This document shows, piece after piece, positions 37,209 to 45,278 of a stretch of DNA of 45,278 nucleotides. The notes beneath the pieces were generated by a model. The model worked only from the letters and a program-made list of their open reading frames with translations. It did not search any database and was not told where the DNA came from. This DNA comes from an uncultured euryarchaeote (lineage in GTDB: Archaea; Thermoplasmatota; Poseidoniia; Poseidoniales; Poseidoniaceae): the NCBI GenBank assembly GCA_937899865.1, contig CALBRH010000023.1, forward strand, positions 1 through 45,278. Direction: 5' to 3'. Numbering within the stretch: the stretch's first letter is position 1; every line of letters begins with the position of its first letter. A program made the translations under genes and the position numbers.

Positions 37209-37985
37209 TTATACTTGAGATTGCTTACCACATTGTGGGCATGAAATTTTACCAGAGTAGCCATTAGGAACTAAAAGAGAATGACCACAGTGAACACATT
37301 CAATCTGCTTTTTTCCACTACTGCGATCTCTATTCAATATTCTCTCTATAGCAGGCGGCCAGCCTTCTTTCAACTCCTCGTCGGTAAGTAGTAGTGGTAT
37401 AGCCGCAACTCCAATACCAAGTAATGTGCACATCATCGAAAACGGTATCATCATACCTCCGTCGGCGATTGAAACAGAAACAGGATTCAAGTCTTCACCA
37501 GAGAATATTACACTAAGAGTTCCAGAAAGTATGAACGTTGCTATTGTGGTATAAATCCCATTGCGGTATTCTTGACTCAATAGTATACCGCTGTAGATGA
37601 ATAAAGCAGCGACTAAAAATGCAACTGGGGCTAATAGCCAGCCCAGATTACCATCACCGAATGCAGCAAAACCTAGTGCCCAAAACATTCTAAATACACC
37701 ATACATTATGATTACGGTTCCAACGGTAGAAGTAGTCCCTGTATTGCGATTAATTACTATTCCTTGAGATGTCATTCTGCCATAAACAACTTGAGGGGCT
37801 ACTGGCATTTGCCCTTGCATATTTGCTACTGGAGTGGAAAATGTTGCAGGTTGGTTTGTTCCTTCCATTGATTCATCATATTCCATTAAACGGATTACAA
37901 CTTCGTCTTTTTTCCCAGAGACTTTTAATCCTCTATCTTTACATAATTTTTTCAAATCAAGTAGTGTCATTTGGTCGTAAGACAT
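37209..37985 (-). CDS. SAP domain - 4TM - Zn ribbon membrane protein
   Basis: YDQMTLLDLKKLCKDRGLKVSGKKDEVVIRL (SAP), four hydrophobic helices, C-terminal CVHC-x12-CPQC. Confidence 0.82.
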   Translation of the reverse strand: MSYDQMTLLDLKKLCKDRGLKVSGKKDEVVIRLMEYDESMEGTNQPATFSTPVANMQGQMPVAPQVVYGRMTSQGIVINRNTGTTSTVGTVIIMYGVFRMFWALGFAAFGDGNLGWLLAPVAFLVAALFIYSGILLSQEYRNGIYTTIATFILSGTLSVIFSGEDLNPVSVSIADGGMMIPFSMMCTLLGIGVAAIPLLLTDEELKEGWPPAIERILNRDRSSGKKQIECVHCGHSLLVPNGYSGKISCPQCGKQSQV

Positions 37986-38036
37986 GACTTTACCATATTT
38001 GAACTACATTTATACTTATGGCCGATATTAACGTAA

Positions 38037-39467
38037 TTATACGGTATGAATTGCGTGGCCAAGTGTAGCAAGAACTGCTTCATGTGTCATCTCTGTCATA
38101 GTAGGATGTGCATGAATTGTGCCAGCGATGTCTTCCAATAATGCTCCCATTTCGAGAGCAAGAGTCCATTCTCCAACCAATTCACTAATATGAGTTCCAA
38201 CTGCTTGGATACCGAGTATTCGATGATCGTCTTCTCTTGCACAAACCCGAACAAATCCACCAGTCTTTTCTGCTTCTTGAGTTAGTGAACGTCCATTTGC
38301 TGCTAGAGGGAACTTTCCAACAATCACAGGATGTCCAGCTTCTTTTGCTTGTTCTGGAGATAATCCAACGCTAACAATTTCGGGTTCAGTAAATACGATT
38401 GCAGGAACGGCTACTGGGTCGTAAACACGTTTCTTTCCAGCAATAATCTCTGCAACCATTTCTCCTTGGAAGGATGCTACATGGGCAAGCATCTCTCCAG
38501 AGTTACATACATCACCAATAGCGTAAACACCTTTCATATTTGTTTCACATCTATCATTTACTTTGACAAATCCTCTTTCATCTAAAGCAACACCAGTTGG
38601 CTCGAGTGCTTTGCTATTGGGTTTTCTTCCAACAGTAACTAAGATTTTATCAGCGATTATTTCATCAGGTTTAGTGCCTTCTTTTGCATTTTTGTCAACA
38701 AAGAATAATTTGACTTTACCATCTTTCATATCTTCTGAACCTTTAGCAAAAACTCCAGTATGAACTTTGATCTTATTTTTCTTAACAAATAATTCTAGAG
38801 GTCTACGAAGTTCTTTGTCAAAGATTGGCAAAATCGAATCCATCGCTTCGACAATAGTGACCTCTGAACCGAGCATGCGATAAGTAATTCCTAACTCAAG
38901 TCCAATGTAACCTCCACCAACTACAACAACATGTTCAGGTAATTGCTCAAGACTCAATGCTTCTCTAGATGAGATTACATTATCATCAAATTTCATAAAT
39001 GGTAATTCAATTGGGATAGAGCCATTAGCCAAGATTACATTTTCACCTTCGATAATTGTCGCATCCTTGCCGCTACCTACCTTTACTGTCTTCGCATCTT
39101 GGAATTCTGCCCATCCATTAATCAATTCAACTCCAGCAGACTTTAGTAAGTGCTCAACACCTTTGTTCAATTTGTCAACAATATCATCTTTCCAACCTAC
39201 CATTCCAGCCATACTCAATTCAGCAGGGCCTGGAATTGAAATCCCCATATGGCCGTCTTTGGCAGAATGTTTTGCTAAATCATGGAACCGATGTGCAGCG
39301 TGAATTAACGCTTTACTTGGAATACATCCTCTAATCAGACATGTGCCTCCAGCCTTTTCACCCTCAACAATTATTGTTGACAATCCTAATTGTCCCGCTC
39401 TAATTGCTGCAACGTAGCCTCCTGGGCCTGCTCCAATAACCAATACTTGGCATTTTTTTGTTTGCAT
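38037..39467 (-). CDS. lpdA: Dihydrolipoamide dehydrogenase (E3)
   Basis: GAGPGG, redox disulfide GGTCLIRGCIPSK, GGGYIG, AIGD, HAHPT. Confidence 0.97.
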   Translation of the reverse strand: MQTKKCQVLVIGAGPGGYVAAIRAGQLGLSTIIVEGEKAGGTCLIRGCIPSKALIHAAHRFHDLAKHSAKDGHMGISIPGPAELSMAGMVGWKDDIVDKLNKGVEHLLKSAGVELINGWAEFQDAKTVKVGSGKDATIIEGENVILANGSIPIELPFMKFDDNVISSREALSLEQLPEHVVVVGGGYIGLELGITYRMLGSEVTIVEAMDSILPIFDKELRRPLELFVKKNKIKVHTGVFAKGSEDMKDGKVKLFFVDKNAKEGTKPDEIIADKILVTVGRKPNSKALEPTGVALDERGFVKVNDRCETNMKGVYAIGDVCNSGEMLAHVASFQGEMVAEIIAGKKRVYDPVAVPAIVFTEPEIVSVGLSPEQAKEAGHPVIVGKFPLAANGRSLTQEAEKTGGFVRVCAREDDHRILGIQAVGTHISELVGEWTLALEMGALLEDIAGTIHAHPTMTEMTHEAVLATLGHAIHTV

Positions 39468-39476
39468 AATTAATCC

Positions 39477-40754
39477 TCACATGAAAATAGTTGCAGGGTT
39501 TTCAAGCAATGTCTTGACTCTTTGTACAAGGGTTGCACCATCATGGCCATCAACAACTCGATGATCCCATGACGAGGATAGATTCATCATTCTTCTAACT
39601 ACAATTTGGCCGTTTCTAACTACTGCTCGCTCTTTCGCATTGTGAACTCCCAAAATTCCAACTTCTGGCTTATTGATAATCGGTGTAGCACCAAGTCCAC
39701 CTAATCTGCCCAAACTGGTAATGGTAAAAGTAGAGCCACTCAAATCATCTGCAGATGCTTTACCTTCTCTAGTTGCTGAGGTAACTCTTACCATCTCAGC
39801 TGCAGACTGCCAAATATCCATTGACTCAACATGCTTGACAACTGGGACATATAGTCCTCTGTCAGTTTGAGTTGCAATTCCAAGATGAATTGCTTGGTGT
39901 CTAGTAACTACATTTGCTTCATCATCAAATAAGGCATTACACTCTGGACTTTCTCTTAGAGCTTTGACCAATGCTTGCATGATAAACGGCAAGTAAGTTA
40001 GTTTTGGAGCGCCTTCGGGTCTTGTAGAATTGAGGTGCTGACGTAATTCTTCAAGAGCAGTAATATCAACTTCTTCAAAGTAGGAAAAGTGAGCAATTGT
40101 ACTGTATGATGACATCATGCTGTCAGCGATTTTTCTTCTAAGTCCAATGACCTTAATATCTTCAGTTCCAGTTAGTTTAGTCTTGATGCTTGCTCCTACA
40201 GGAGCAAATGTAGAGGCACCTGCTGCACCTCCTGCAATATGCCGGTCCAAATCAGCATGACTGATTCTACCGCCAGGTCCTGAGCCTAAAACGAGTTGTA
40301 AATCGACATTAGCCTCTCTTGCTCTTTGTCTTACAGCAGGGCTTGCTAGTGCCTTAGTTCCAGCAGCCTTTGCCACTGGTACTGCTGGTGCGACAGGTTC
40401 TGGTGCTTTTTCGACAACAGGTTCAGGCTTCGCTTCTTTCGCCGGTTTTGTTTCAACAACTTCCTCAGCAACAGATTCTGGCTCTTCAGAACTTGCAGAC
40501 GCATTGCCAGAGCCTTCAACTTCAAACTCTATGCAAACTTCTCCAACAGGTAAAATATCACCAGGCTCGCCAATCATTTTGGTAACCTTGCCATCTACTG
40601 GAGATGGTATTTCCACCGTTGCTTTGTCAGTCATTACTGAAAGTATCGGATCGTCTTCTTTGACAGTATCTCCAACAGATACCATCCATTCAACAACTTC
40701 TCCTTCTACTACTCCTTCTCCAATATCTGGTAGTTTAAACGCATATGTTCCCAT
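39477..40754 (-). CDS. bkdB: Dihydrolipoamide acyltransferase (E2), single lipoyl domain
   Basis: Lipoyl-Lys MTDKATVEIPSP, PSBD ASPAVRQRARE...GSGPGGRI, catalytic DHRVVDG. Confidence 0.95.
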   Translation of the reverse strand: MGTYAFKLPDIGEGVVEGEVVEWMVSVGDTVKEDDPILSVMTDKATVEIPSPVDGKVTKMIGEPGDILPVGEVCIEFEVEGSGNASASSEEPESVAEEVVETKPAKEAKPEPVVEKAPEPVAPAVPVAKAAGTKALASPAVRQRAREANVDLQLVLGSGPGGRISHADLDRHIAGGAAGASTFAPVGASIKTKLTGTEDIKVIGLRRKIADSMMSSYSTIAHFSYFEEVDITALEELRQHLNSTRPEGAPKLTYLPFIMQALVKALRESPECNALFDDEANVVTRHQAIHLGIATQTDRGLYVPVVKHVESMDIWQSAAEMVRVTSATREGKASADDLSGSTFTITSLGRLGGLGATPIINKPEVGILGVHNAKERAVVRNGQIVVRRMMNLSSSWDHRVVDGHDGATLVQRVKTLLENPATIFM

Positions 40755-40756
40755 TT

Positions 40757-41767
40757 TTATTCCTCCTGTGTTTTTCTTATCGCATCCGCAATTCGCTTAG
40801 GGCTAGGCAGATAATCCCACTCTGTGGTGTGAGGGAATGGTGTGTCCCAGCCGGTGACTCTTATTATTGGTGCTTCCAAATGATAGAAACATCTCTCTTG
40901 GATTGATGCACTCATTTCTGCTCCAAAACCACTGGTTTTTGGTGCTTCATGGACAATGACACATCTTCCGGTTTTCTTGATTGAATTGACTACAGTATCT
41001 CTGTCCCATGGAACCAGAGTTTGTAGATCGATTAAATCACAATTAAGACCGGAATCCTTGATGGCTTGTTCAGCAACATGAACCATTGCTCCCCAAGAAA
41101 TAACGGTGCAATCATTACCTTCCATGACAACTCTTGCTTGTTCAAGCGGTATTGAATAGTATTCTTCAGGAACCTCACCATCTGGATGACTATTCCATGT
41201 TGGAACTTTGTGCGGGTCGCCATAGAAAGGACCACGATAACATCGCTTTGGTTCAAAGAAAATAACTGGGTCGTTTGATTCTATTGCTGAGGTCAACAAT
41301 CCCTTTGCATTATATGGATTTGAACAGTAAACAACCTTTAGCCCAGGGGTATGAGTGAATTGTGATTCAGGTGATTGTGAGTGGTGATGTCCACCTTTAA
41401 TTCCACCACCAGCAGGTGTTCTAAAAGTTACAGGAGTAGAAAATTCACCGCCAGAACGATGTCTTAATTTGGCTATTTCATTGACAATTTGATCGTAAGC
41501 CGGGAAGATGTAATCAGCAAACTGAATCTCAGCAACTGGTCTAAGTCCATTGATTCCCATACCCATAGCAATTGCTGCAATACCGCCTTCAGCTAATGGT
41601 GAATCAAATACACGGTGGGCACCAAATTTATTTTGCAGTCCAGCAGTTACTCTAAAGACACCACCAAAATATCCAACATCTTCACCAAAGATTACCACAT
41701 TTTCATCTCTCTCTAATTGATGCTCTAGGGCTGAGTTAAGTGCTGCAATCATATTCATTTTTACCAT
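40757..41767 (-). CDS. bkdA2: 2-oxoacid dehydrogenase E1 beta (branched-chain type)
   Basis: GEDVGYFGGVFR, PLAEGG, EIQFADY, HHSQSPE, FFEPKR, VHEAPKT. SD AGGTGAT precedes ATG 41767. Confidence 0.93.
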   Translation of the reverse strand: MVKMNMIAALNSALEHQLERDENVVIFGEDVGYFGGVFRVTAGLQNKFGAHRVFDSPLAEGGIAAIAMGMGINGLRPVAEIQFADYIFPAYDQIVNEIAKLRHRSGGEFSTPVTFRTPAGGGIKGGHHHSQSPESQFTHTPGLKVVYCSNPYNAKGLLTSAIESNDPVIFFEPKRCYRGPFYGDPHKVPTWNSHPDGEVPEEYYSIPLEQARVVMEGNDCTVISWGAMVHVAEQAIKDSGLNCDLIDLQTLVPWDRDTVVNSIKKTGRCVIVHEAPKTSGFGAEMSASIQERCFYHLEAPIIRVTGWDTPFPHTTEWDYLPSPKRIADAIRKTQEE

Positions 41768-41775
41768 GATATCAC

Positions 41776-43020
41776 CTACTTGCCTAACTCCTCTCTTTGT
41801 TCTTGAACATGCCAAGGAACTGTTTCGTAAACTTCTGTGAAAATGGTTGATGCTGGCGGATATGGACCACTTGCTAAATCGCCAAATTCACACGCTGCTT
41901 TGTATGCAGCCATAACTTCATCATCGATTTTCTTCTCAAGTTTCTTGTGATTCTTTTCATCCCAATTACCTGATTTGATGAGGTATTGTTTCAACCTTTC
42001 AACTGGGTCACCACCAGGCCAGCATTTGAATTCATCATCTGGCCTGTATGCTGAAGGGTCATCTGAGGAAGAGTGAGCACCCGCTCTATATGTGTAAACT
42101 TCGATGTGAGTTGGACCAAGTCCTGCACTTGCTCTATCTCGAGCCCATCTGGTAACGCTGTATAATGCTAAGAAGTCATTTCCATCAACTCTAATGGATG
42201 GAATGTCATAAGCCAATCCTCTTTCAGCAAATGTTCTACCACCTGTAGCAAGGTTTTGGTGTGTGGAAATCGCCCATTGATTGTTGACTACATTGAGAAT
42301 AACTGGTGGCTTGAATGTAGAAGCAAAGTTTAGCGCATAGTGGTAATCACCTTGTGCAGAAGTTCCATCTCCTAACCAAGTAATACATGCTTCATCTAAG
42401 CCCTTGTAAGCGCTTGCCATTGCAACTCCAACAGCTTGTGAGAATTGTGTTCCAACAGGTGAAGATATCGAAATGAATCTTCCTTCTTTCCAGGTATAAT
42501 GAACCGGCATTTGACGTCCTCTAACATTGTCTTCAGTATTACCTATACAATGACAAATCATGCTAACCATGTCTCTGCCACGAACAAATTGGGCTCCTGG
42601 TTGTCGGTATGAGGGGAAAATCCAGTCATTATCTTCTAAAGCCATAGTTTGTGCAATTGCGACTGCTTCTTCACCGAAAGAGCGCATGTAAAATGATAGT
42701 TTACCAGTACGTTGCATTTTCATCATTCGATCATCGAAGATTCTCAATCGCATCATATACTCTAATCCTTGAATCAATTGTTCAGCTGAAACATCAGGAA
42801 TCCACTCACCTTTGGCTTCATGTTCATCATTTAGCACTCTAACTAAACCTGAAGCATGCTTGATAGTGTCATCTGCACTGCACTTTACTGGGTCTGGTCG
42901 ATTCAAATCCTCTGGCTGTTCTTTGAATTTACCACCAAAGTCGGCTTCATCCCCAGGTCGAAATGGTGCAGTACCAATTGTGTAAGGTGTCGTTACAGCA
43001 GTCTTCCTATCACTCATCAT
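41776..43020 (-). CDS. bkdA1: 2-oxoisovalerate dehydrogenase E1 alpha
   Basis: RTGKLSFY, GEEA, SYRQ, GRQMPVHY, ThDP motif GDGTSAQG...NNQWAIS, YRAGAHSSSDDPSAYR; the N-terminal APFRPGD region is Pseudomonas BkdA1-like. Confidence 0.92.
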   Translation of the reverse strand: MMSDRKTAVTTPYTIGTAPFRPGDEADFGGKFKEQPEDLNRPDPVKCSADDTIKHASGLVRVLNDEHEAKGEWIPDVSAEQLIQGLEYMMRLRIFDDRMMKMQRTGKLSFYMRSFGEEAVAIAQTMALEDNDWIFPSYRQPGAQFVRGRDMVSMICHCIGNTEDNVRGRQMPVHYTWKEGRFISISSPVGTQFSQAVGVAMASAYKGLDEACITWLGDGTSAQGDYHYALNFASTFKPPVILNVVNNQWAISTHQNLATGGRTFAERGLAYDIPSIRVDGNDFLALYSVTRWARDRASAGLGPTHIEVYTYRAGAHSSSDDPSAYRPDDEFKCWPGGDPVERLKQYLIKSGNWDEKNHKKLEKKIDDEVMAAYKAACEFGDLASGPYPPASTIFTEVYETVPWHVQEQREELGK

Positions 43021-44042
43021 TTCACCTCAGGTTGCAACCGGTTTAAGGTATCTCTCATGGTAGAATTTTCTTCCCGAACCATGACATATGCTCCGGGTAA
43101 GACTTCATCATTACTTGAATCGTAGGTTTTTCGATATAATAGTCCGGCTTTGTAAGACGATCTTACAAGTGGGCCGCTTGCAACTCCTGAGAATCCTAAG
43201 TCAATGGCTTCTTGAGCCCATACATCATACATTTCTGGTTTTGGAAAGCGGTCGATTTTCAGATGCTTTTCTGAGGGTGCTAAGTATTGTCCGATAGTAA
43301 TCAAATCCACATTTGCTTCTCGAATCAATTTCAAAGATTCACTAATTTGTTCATCTGTTTCACCAACACCAACCATCAAAGAAGTCTTGGTAATTATGTC
43401 TGGGCGTATTAATTTAGCATGCTTTAAAATTTCTATAGACTGAGAGAATGAAGCCCTGTGGTCTCTAACTTTGTGATCTAATTCTGGTACACATTCGACA
43501 TTGTGGGCAAATACATTCAAAGGACTATTTTCTAATAGCATTTCAAGTGCAGACAAATCTCCTGCTAAGTCCGAGCAGAGTAGTTCTATTGTTAGATTTG
43601 GCAAGCGACTGTGAACTTCATCAATGCATGCTTTGTAATGTGCTGCACCACTATCAGGTAAGTCGTCACGATTAACAACTGTGATAACTAAATGACGCAA
43701 ATTCATTGATTCTACTGCATCAGCAAGATGGTTTGGCTCTTCAACATCTAAGGGCGGAGGACGTTTTATGGTTCCAACTGCACAAAATCTGCAACCCCTT
43801 GTACACTCTTGTCCTGCAATCATGAAAGTAGCATCTCCACTCGACCAACATTCGTGGATATTAGGGCATTTTGCTTCTTCACAAACAGTGTGTAATTTGT
43901 TATCTTTAACTGAAGCTTTTGTATCATTGAACATTTTTTGTTGCTTGCCAGTTGGTAGTCTGGTTCTAAACCAAGGGGGTAGTCTACTTTTGGGTTTATT
44001 CACTGGCTTGTCACTGGCCATTGGTAAATGTCTTGAAGCCAT
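43017..44042 (-). CDS. lipA: Lipoyl synthase
   Basis: CEEAKCPNIHEC (auxiliary cluster), CTRGCRFC (radical SAM), HNVE, GQYL, RSSY. Confidence 0.97.
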   Translation of the reverse strand: MASRHLPMASDKPVNKPKSRLPPWFRTRLPTGKQQKMFNDTKASVKDNKLHTVCEEAKCPNIHECWSSGDATFMIAGQECTRGCRFCAVGTIKRPPPLDVEEPNHLADAVESMNLRHLVITVVNRDDLPDSGAAHYKACIDEVHSRLPNLTIELLCSDLAGDLSALEMLLENSPLNVFAHNVECVPELDHKVRDHRASFSQSIEILKHAKLIRPDIITKTSLMVGVGETDEQISESLKLIREANVDLITIGQYLAPSEKHLKIDRFPKPEMYDVWAQEAIDLGFSGVASGPLVRSSYKAGLLYRKTYDSSNDEVLPGAYVMVREENSTMRDTLNRLQPEVK

Positions 44043-44158
44043 TGAATTCCCCCTTGTTGTAAGCCAATGAATACTACTCTAAAAGGTGTATTAATACTAT
44101 GAAATCAACACTTTAATCAAATACGACATTTATTGAATGTGATTGCTTTCGTAGTTTC

Positions 44159-44902
44159 ATGGCAAAACCTGTGGTTTTCATTACGGGAGGTGGGCGCAGA
44201 ATAGGCGCTGCAATTTCCTCACTACTGATGAAATCAGGTTACTATGTTTTGATTCATGTAAGGAATTCAGTTGTTGAAGCACAGTCTATTATTGATGAAC
44301 ACAGCAAGTTGAGTGATGGGCAAATTAGTGGCGATATAATCCAAGGAGATTTGCTAAATGATGACATTTCTAAATTGATTGATTCTGTAATCAATCATCC
44401 CAAAGTGGTTGAATATGGTGGTTTATTTGGTCTAATCAATAATGCTTCAATATACCAACCGATTAGTTTCAGCGACCTCACTTTTGAAGAGTTCAAGAAA
44501 AATTTCACAATCCATGTTGATGTTCCATTCTTGCTAACCAAAGGATTGTATGATAGTTTGAAAGCGAAATCAGGTTCTGTAATTGGAATCGTAGATACTT
44601 CACAAGGTCGTGCATGGAAAGATTTGACACATTATACTGCAAGTAAGAATGCACTTCGTCAAATGATGATTAATCTTGCAGGAGATCTTCATCCGCACGT
44701 TCGAGTAAATTGTATTGCACCAGGCGCTATTGTTTCAGCAGATTGGGAAGCTGAACATTTTGCTTCAGTGCTTGAGGTTGTGCCTATGGGTCGTTCAGGT
44801 GAGCCAAATGATATTGCTAATGCAGCAAAGTTCCTTCTAGAATCAAACCATATTTCAGGTCAAACTATCAATGTAGATGGTGGCTGGACTATTGTAGAAT
44901 AA
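44159..44902 (+). CDS. Pteridine reductase / FolM-like SDR
   Basis: TGGGRRIG (Arg as in PTR1/FolM), NNAS, YTASK, VNCIAPG, SGQTINVDGG. Confidence 0.82.
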   Translation: MAKPVVFITGGGRRIGAAISSLLMKSGYYVLIHVRNSVVEAQSIIDEHSKLSDGQISGDIIQGDLLNDDISKLIDSVINHPKVVEYGGLFGLINNASIYQPISFSDLTFEEFKKNFTIHVDVPFLLTKGLYDSLKAKSGSVIGIVDTSQGRAWKDLTHYTASKNALRQMMINLAGDLHPHVRVNCIAPGAIVSADWEAEHFASVLEVVPMGRSGEPNDIANAAKFLLESNHISGQTINVDGGWTIVE

Positions 44903-44939
44903 GCGTTTAGTTCAAAAGATGCCTTGTTTACGGCTACTT

Positions 44940-45026
44940 GCAGGGGTGGCTGAGGTGGTCAAAGGCGCCGGGCTTAAGATCCGGTCCCATACGGGTTCGT
45001 GGGTTCGTATCCCACCCCCTGCACCA
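44940..45026 (+). tRNA. trnL: tRNA-Leu (anticodon TAA), CCA encoded
   Basis: Acceptor GCAGGGG/CCCCTGC, discriminator A, then CCA; anticodon stem CCGGG/TCCGG with loop CTTAAGA; long variable arm CCC-ATAC-GGG; T arm GTGGG-TTCGTAT-CCCAC. Confidence 0.95.
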
Positions 45027-45084
45027 AACTACTAATCCAACAATTACCCAATGTTAATTTGCTATCATAATTTTAATTGCCATT

Positions 45085-45278
45085 ATGAAGAGATCCATTG
45101 CTTTGCTATTTTGCCTGCTGATGATTACTATGCCCCTTGCTGGGTGCTTTGGGGGAGATGATTCGTCAGATGCATCAGATGAGAAATTAGATGATTGGAA
45201 CGTACATTTTGCTGCAACTGCTTCAGATCTACCAACTTGTGATGAAGATACAAATGGTAGACTGTATTATGTTGAAGC
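45085..45278 (+). CDS. Lipoprotein, 5' partial (runs off window; not in ORF track)
   Basis: My translation: MKRSIALLFCLLMITMPLAGCFGGDDSSDASDEKLDDWNVHFAATASDLPTCDEDTNGRLYYVE. Basic N-terminus, hydrophobic core and lipobox LAG-C. Confidence 0.8.
   Translation, partial: MKRSIALLFCLLMITMPLAGCFGGDDSSDASDEKLDDWNVHFAATASDLPTCDEDTNGRLYYVE

Noticed and set aside
73-43297. The many short ORFs in the track overlapping long genes (e.g. 73-255, 1518-1781, 3664-3960, 10983-11366, 12243-12650, 15537-15884, 18195-18545, 36431-36772, 40504-40800)
   Set aside because: They lie antisense or out of frame within well-supported genes, are Ser/Leu/Phe-rich as expected for shadow frames, and have no recognisable motifs.
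1-45278. CRISPR arrays, IS elements, integrases, defence systems
   Set aside because: I saw no regularly spaced repeats, transposase or recombinase motifs, or terminal inverted repeats. This was a visual scan only, so short degenerate remnants could be missed.

Overview
Gene-dense, AT-rich window from the core chromosome of a heterotrophic marine-type archaeon. It is most likely Thermoplasmatota, Marine Group II/Poseidoniales; this is inferred from the 16S 3' end, the unlinked rRNA gene, and archaeal markers (Trm56, aIF2-beta, aRF1, class I LysRS, NOG1-type GTPase) mixed with bacterial-type metabolic genes. The window opens with the last 48 nt of a stand-alone 16S rRNA gene and a terminator-like hairpin. 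It then carries about 44 CDS: NAD kinase, thiolase, folP/folB/FolM-like pterin genes, carAB, lysS, argS, aRF1, pyrH, ubiX, lipB, dut, a eukaryote-like class Ia nrdB-nrdA pair and a lipA-E1a-E1b-E2-E3 branched-chain 2-oxoacid dehydrogenase operon. It ends with tRNA-Leu(TAA) and a truncated lipoprotein gene. I saw no CRISPR array, transposase, integrase or intein. The best candidate for an undescribed system is a set of membrane-anchored SAP-domain proteins: SAP-4TM-Zn ribbon (37209-37985) and SAP-TM-M28 peptidase (27326-29095), plus a stand-alone paralog of the same 4TM domain (1135-1704). This recalls eukaryotic SAP/LEM chromatin-membrane tethers. Also notable: a GIDE-LemA-DHH-TraB membrane neighbourhood; a TraB gene in frame with the DHH stop codon, with a strong SD pointing at an ATT codon; a stem that could sequester the carA ribosome-binding site; an Sm/Rpp29-like orphan; all seven convergent CDS pairs abutting with no terminator space; and U58 in the tRNA T-loop. 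All protein family calls come from motif recognition by eye, not database searches.
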